Shown piece after piece: positions 7,644 through 10,496 of a stretch of 10,496 bases of DNA. How positions within the stretch are numbered: position 1 is the first letter of the stretch; every line of letters starts with the position of its first letter. A model generated the notes under the pieces. The model made no database searches and was not told the DNA's origin. It saw only the letters and a list, made by a program, of their open reading frames with translations. A program made the translations under genes and the position numbers. Source of the DNA: an uncultured delta proteobacterium (GTDB lineage: Bacteria > Myxococcota_A > Polyangia > Polyangiales > JAFGIB01); the NCBI GenBank assembly GCA_963778655.1, contig CAVZVA010000007.1, positions 1 through 10,496 of the forward strand. Direction: 5' to 3'.

Positions 7644-8273
7644 TCAGGAGCGCCGGCCCGACGCGGGTGGAAGCTCTCGCTCCAGCGCGCCCCAGATCTT
7701 GCGCAGCCCCATGCGCACGGCCGTCGGCGGGGCATACTCGCGGCGCGGATAACCCGACTTCGGCGGCGCGACTTCGCGCATGCGCATGGTGAGCGAGACG
7801 GCCGTTCCGCCGCGCACCTGGATCGTCGTCGCGTTGATGACGACGTCGAGGCCCTGCGGCTCGAACGATACGAACCATGCTGCAAGGCCCAGGTGCTGCT
7901 CGAGTATGCCGCGAAACTTCGGCAGGTCCGCTTGTGCCGCCCGCAGCCACTCGTCGCGCGTGAGCGGATCGGGTGCGGACGCATACACGCTCAAATACCC
8001 GAGATCGGGCGATTGCTCGGCGAGCCGCATGCCGAGCCCGCCCAGGGCGACGCGCAAGGCCTGGAATGCCTCGTCGCGCGGTACGTGGTAGATGTGCGTT
8101 CCGTCCTCGGCCAGGACACGCTCGTACTCCGTGCGGAACACGGCGTTCACATCCCGCGTTGCGCTGATCTTCTGCTGCTCGCTCACGCAGCCCGAAGCGA
8201 GCGCCACGAGCATCACCGCGCACAGCTGCGCGCATCGGTACACGACGCACGACCCGGGCATCGCGCTCGCCAT
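7644..8273 (-). CDS. Uncharacterised lipoprotein (209 aa), predicted outer-membrane sorted
   Basis: ATG at 8273 preceded by GAGGAG at 7-nt spacing; hydrophobic stretch LCAVMLVAL, then lipobox LASG-C29 with Val at +2. Mature part (THIYHVPRDEAFQALRVALGGLGM...DLGYLSV) resembles BamC/DUF3568-like alpha/beta lipoprotein patterns (low-confidence fold guess). Confidence 0.8.
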   Translation of the reverse strand: MASAMPGSCVVYRCAQLCAVMLVALASGCVSEQQKISATRDVNAVFRTEYERVLAEDGTHIYHVPRDEAFQALRVALGGLGMRLAEQSPDLGYLSVYASAPDPLTRDEWLRAAQADLPKFRGILEQHLGLAAWFVSFEPQGLDVVINATTIQVRGGTAVSLTMRMREVAPPKSGYPRREYAPPTAVRMGLRKIWGALERELPPASGRRS

Positions 8274-8280
8274 GCCTTGC

Positions 8281-8286
8281 CTCCTC
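8281..8286 (-). promoter_or_regulatory. Ribosome-binding site (GAGGAG) of the lipoprotein gene
   Basis: ctcctc at 8281-8286 on + = GAGGAG on -, 7 nt upstream of ATG 8273. Confidence 0.7.
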
Positions 8287-8311
8287 GATCCGCTTGGGCG
8301 GAATACTACCG

Positions 8312-10207
8312 TTACTTGGCGGCGTCGGGGAGCGGCAGATTGGTCACCAGCTTGCCCGCTTGCTCGGCTTCGACAGGCTGCAGCAACTTCGCGACACGCC
8401 CCTGCAGCGCCTTGGCCGCCGCGTTGCCGCCGCGGACCGCAGCGGTCAACCACACATAAGCCTCGAAATCGCTATGCGGCACGCCGCGCCCGCTCGCGTA
8501 CAGCTCGCCGAGCTGCAACTGCGCCTCCGGGTTGCCCTGCAACGCGGCCTTCCGATACCAGATCGCCGCGCGCGCGTCGTCGTGCGCAACGCCGTGCCCC
8601 TCCGCGTAGGACTTGCCGAGCCTGAGCTGGGCGTTGGCGTTGCCGCGCGCGGCCAGCGGCTTGAGCGCCGCAAGCGCTTCGGCGTAGTTGCCGGCGGTGT
8701 AGTCGCGGTCGGCCTTCTCCAGCAGCGCGGCCGAGCTCGGAGGCGCTGCGGCTGGCTTCGCGCTTTGGACTGCCTGCTGGCGAGCCTGCTGCTCAGCCCG
8801 TTTGCGCTCGGCCTCCGCCTGCTGCGCGAGCTTGCGCTGGCGCTCCTCGGCATGCTTCTTTTGCTCCGCCTGGCGCTTGCGCTCGGCCTCCGCCTGCTGC
8901 GCGAGCTTGCGCTGGCGCTCCTCGGCAAGCTTCTTTTGCTCCGCCTCGCGTTTACGCGCGGCTTCGGCCTCGAATGCGCGCTTGCGCTCCGCCTCCACGC
9001 GCTGGCGCTCCTCCGCCTGCTGCTGCGCGAGCGCCTCGGCCTGCCGCTGCCGCTCCTCGGCGAGCTGCTGCTCGACCTTAGCGAGTCGTTCCTTGAGCTG
9101 CGCTGCAGGATCGGGCGCGGTCTCGGGCGGCGGCCCGCTCTTGCCACCGCCCGAGAACGGATAGAAACGCAGCAGCACGGCCACCACGACGAGCGCCACC
9201 GCCGCAGCCAGGACCGTACGGAAAACCGGCCAGCCTCCGCCGGAGGCGGGGGCTGGCCGCTCGCTGCGCGCCGCGGCCGCGGACGGCGCGGCTGGCGCCA
9301 GCGCGGCCTGCTGCCCTTCGCCGAGCAGCTCCCGACGCCATTCGGCGATGCTCTGCGGGCGATCGCGCTCGGTAAATTCGAGCGCGTGATCGATCGCCTT
9401 GAGCAGGCGCGGCGAATAGCGTCCCGCGCCGACCGCGGTTGCGGGCGCCAGCACGTCGCGCGCGCTGCCGAGGACGCCCTTGCTGCGTGCGATCGCGTCC
9501 ATCGGCGGCGTGCCGCAGATGGCGCGGTAGCAAGTCGCCCCAAGCCCGTATATGTCGCTCCACGGACCCTGGCTCTCGCCGCTGCTGTAGTACTGCTCGA
9601 ACGGCGCGTAGCCGGGGGCGACCAGGATGGTCAAGCTGGGCGAATGGCCCACGGGCTGGCGCGCGGAGCCAAAATCGAGCAGTACCGGGCTACCGTCGGC
9701 GCGCACGTGGATGTTGTCCGGCTTGATGTCGCGGTGGATGAACCCCGCGTTGTGCACCAGCTCGAGCCCGTCGAGGATCGGCAGCAGGATGCGCAGCAAC
9801 TCGCCTTCCGGCAGCGTGCCGCGCTGCTCGAGGATGGTGGCGAGGTTGCTGCCCTCCTCGAAGCGCATCACCATGTAGGCGGTGTTGTTGAACTCGAACA
9901 CCGAGAGCACGCGCACGACATTTGGGTGGTCGAAGCGCGCCAGCGTGCGGGCCTCGCGGATGAACCTCTCGAGCCCCCAGCGGTAGCGCTCGTCGTGCGC
10001 CTCGGTGCGCGCGCGCACGGTCGCGTCGTTGCGGCGCGTGGCGACGTCGATCGGGAGATATTCCTTGATCGCGACGCGCTGATCGAGGTTGGTGTCGCGC
10101 GCCAGATAGGTGATGCCGAAGCCGCCCTGCCCCAGCACCCGCTCGAGCAGGTACCAGTGCAGGTGGTACCCGCGCGGCAGCGCGTCAGGATAGCCGTCTT
10201 CGGTCAT
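8312..10207 (-). CDS. Hanks-type Ser/Thr protein kinase with TM helix, long charged helical stalk and C-terminal Sel1-like repeats
   Basis: LGQGGFGITY, VAIKEY, FIREARTLARFDHPNVV, HRDIKPDNI, DFG, PGYAPFEQY, SDIYGLG, DRPQS. TM segment VLAAAVALVVVAVLL. E/R/K/Q/A-rich stretch. Sel1 motifs GNANAQLRLGKSYAEGHGV, WYRKAALQGNPEAQLQLGELYASGRGV, EAYVW. Confidence 0.95.
   Translation of the reverse strand: MTEDGYPDALPRGYHLHWYLLERVLGQGGFGITYLARDTNLDQRVAIKEYLPIDVATRRNDATVRARTEAHDERYRWGLERFIREARTLARFDHPNVVRVLSVFEFNNTAYMVMRFEEGSNLATILEQRGTLPEGELLRILLPILDGLELVHNAGFIHRDIKPDNIHVRADGSPVLLDFGSARQPVGHSPSLTILVAPGYAPFEQYYSSGESQGPWSDIYGLGATCYRAICGTPPMDAIARSKGVLGSARDVLAPATAVGAGRYSPRLLKAIDHALEFTERDRPQSIAEWRRELLGEGQQAALAPAAPSAAAARSERPAPASGGGWPVFRTVLAAAVALVVVAVLLRFYPFSGGGKSGPPPETAPDPAAQLKERLAKVEQQLAEERQRQAEALAQQQAEERQRVEAERKRAFEAEAARKREAEQKKLAEERQRKLAQQAEAERKRQAEQKKHAEERQRKLAQQAEAERKRAEQQARQQAVQSAKPAAAPPSSAALLEKADRDYTAGNYAEALAALKPLAARGNANAQLRLGKSYAEGHGVAHDDARAAIWYRKAALQGNPEAQLQLGELYASGRGVPHSDFEAYVWLTAAVRGGNAAAKALQGRVAKLLQPVEAEQAGKLVTNLPLPDAAK
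8802..8951. repeat. Two-copy in-frame 75-bp tandem duplication within the kinase stalk
   Basis: 8802-8876 vs 8877-8951, 72/75 identical by manual alignment; encodes REAEQKKLAEERQRKLAQQAEAERK / RQAEQKKHAEERQRKLAQQAEAERK. Confidence 0.93.
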
Positions 10208-10293
10208 GCTTGCTGGCGCTTATCCGGCCCGATGTGTCGCCCGAGACGGCAGACACTGTACTGCATTGACGTGCACGACTCCAGCGCGCCCGC

Positions 10294-10490
10294 GGCGCCG
10301 AGATCCCGCGCTGGATGCGCTTCAAGCTCGAGAGCTTCCGCGACGACAGCGCATCGATGCGCGCCTTCGGCCTCGACGTCGTCACCGAGCTGTGCGACCG
10401 CCTGCTCAGCGGCGGCGCACCGGGCTGCACTTCTACACGCTCAACCAGGCCGGCCCGACGAGCACCATCTGGCAGCGCCCGGGGCTTTAG
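10294..10490 (+). pseudogene. metF: 3' fragment of 5,10-methylenetetrahydrofolate reductase, with a 1-bp frameshift at ~10425
   Basis: From 10294: GAEIPRWMRFKLESFRDDSASMRAFGLDVVTELCDRLLSGGAPG, then a frame change to LHFYTLNQAGPTSTIWQRPGL-stop (TAG 10488-10490). GAEIPRW, FG.DVV..LC..LL..GAPGLHFYTLN is the recognisable MetF C-terminus. No N-terminal part upstream, where the kinase gene start lies. Confidence 0.9.
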
Positions 10491-10496
10491 GCCCTC

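Noticed and set aside
8274..8453. Longer N-terminus for the lipoprotein
   Set aside because: Overlaps the kinase 3' end; the RBS and signal peptide length support ATG 8273.
8802..8951. Repeat as a CRISPR array
   Set aside because: Two directly adjacent in-frame coding copies, no spacers, no cas genes.
8446..9543. 365-aa minus-strand Arg/Ser-rich ORF and the 8802..9164 plus-strand repetitive ORF
   Set aside because: Alternative frames of the kinase stalk; their repetitiveness derives from the 75-bp duplication.
4455..10207. STAND ATPase plus kinase as an anti-phage (Avs-like) defence system
   Set aside because: The ATPase is MalT-type with a DNA-binding/BTAD output and no nuclease, TIR or SIR2 effector; the kinase is a membrane receptor type. 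Signalling is more parsimonious.
10206..10490. 94-aa ORF as a real gene
   Set aside because: Only the last ~21 codons are MetF-like; it is the post-frameshift frame of the metF remnant.

Overview
GC-rich, betaproteobacterial-looking signalling locus in which four apparently intact genes alternate with five decayed gene pieces. Intact: (1) a membrane-anchored dCache-PAS-GAF-PAS-HD-GYP cyclic-dinucleotide phosphodiesterase (+); (2) a ~1060-aa MalT-like STAND ATPase/TPR-like regulator with a C-terminal SARP-type wHTH-BTAD module (+); and, convergent to it, a probable two-gene operon (-) of (3) a Hanks-type Ser/Thr kinase with a TM helix, a ~115-aa charged helical stalk (containing a recent 75-bp duplication) and Sel1 repeats, and (4) an uncharacterised lipoprotein. 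Remnants, mostly not obvious from the ORF track: a CHASE2-sensor 5' end joined by an apparent deletion to the 3' end of a probable SH3-type protein gene, a frameshifted M48 peptidase, a small probable exported-protein remnant, and a frameshifted 3' fragment of metF. The best candidate novel system is a trans-envelope lipoprotein / stalked Sel1 kinase / STAND-BTAD activator module, reminiscent of AfsK-AfsR. All family assignments come from motif recognition by eye; no searches were run.
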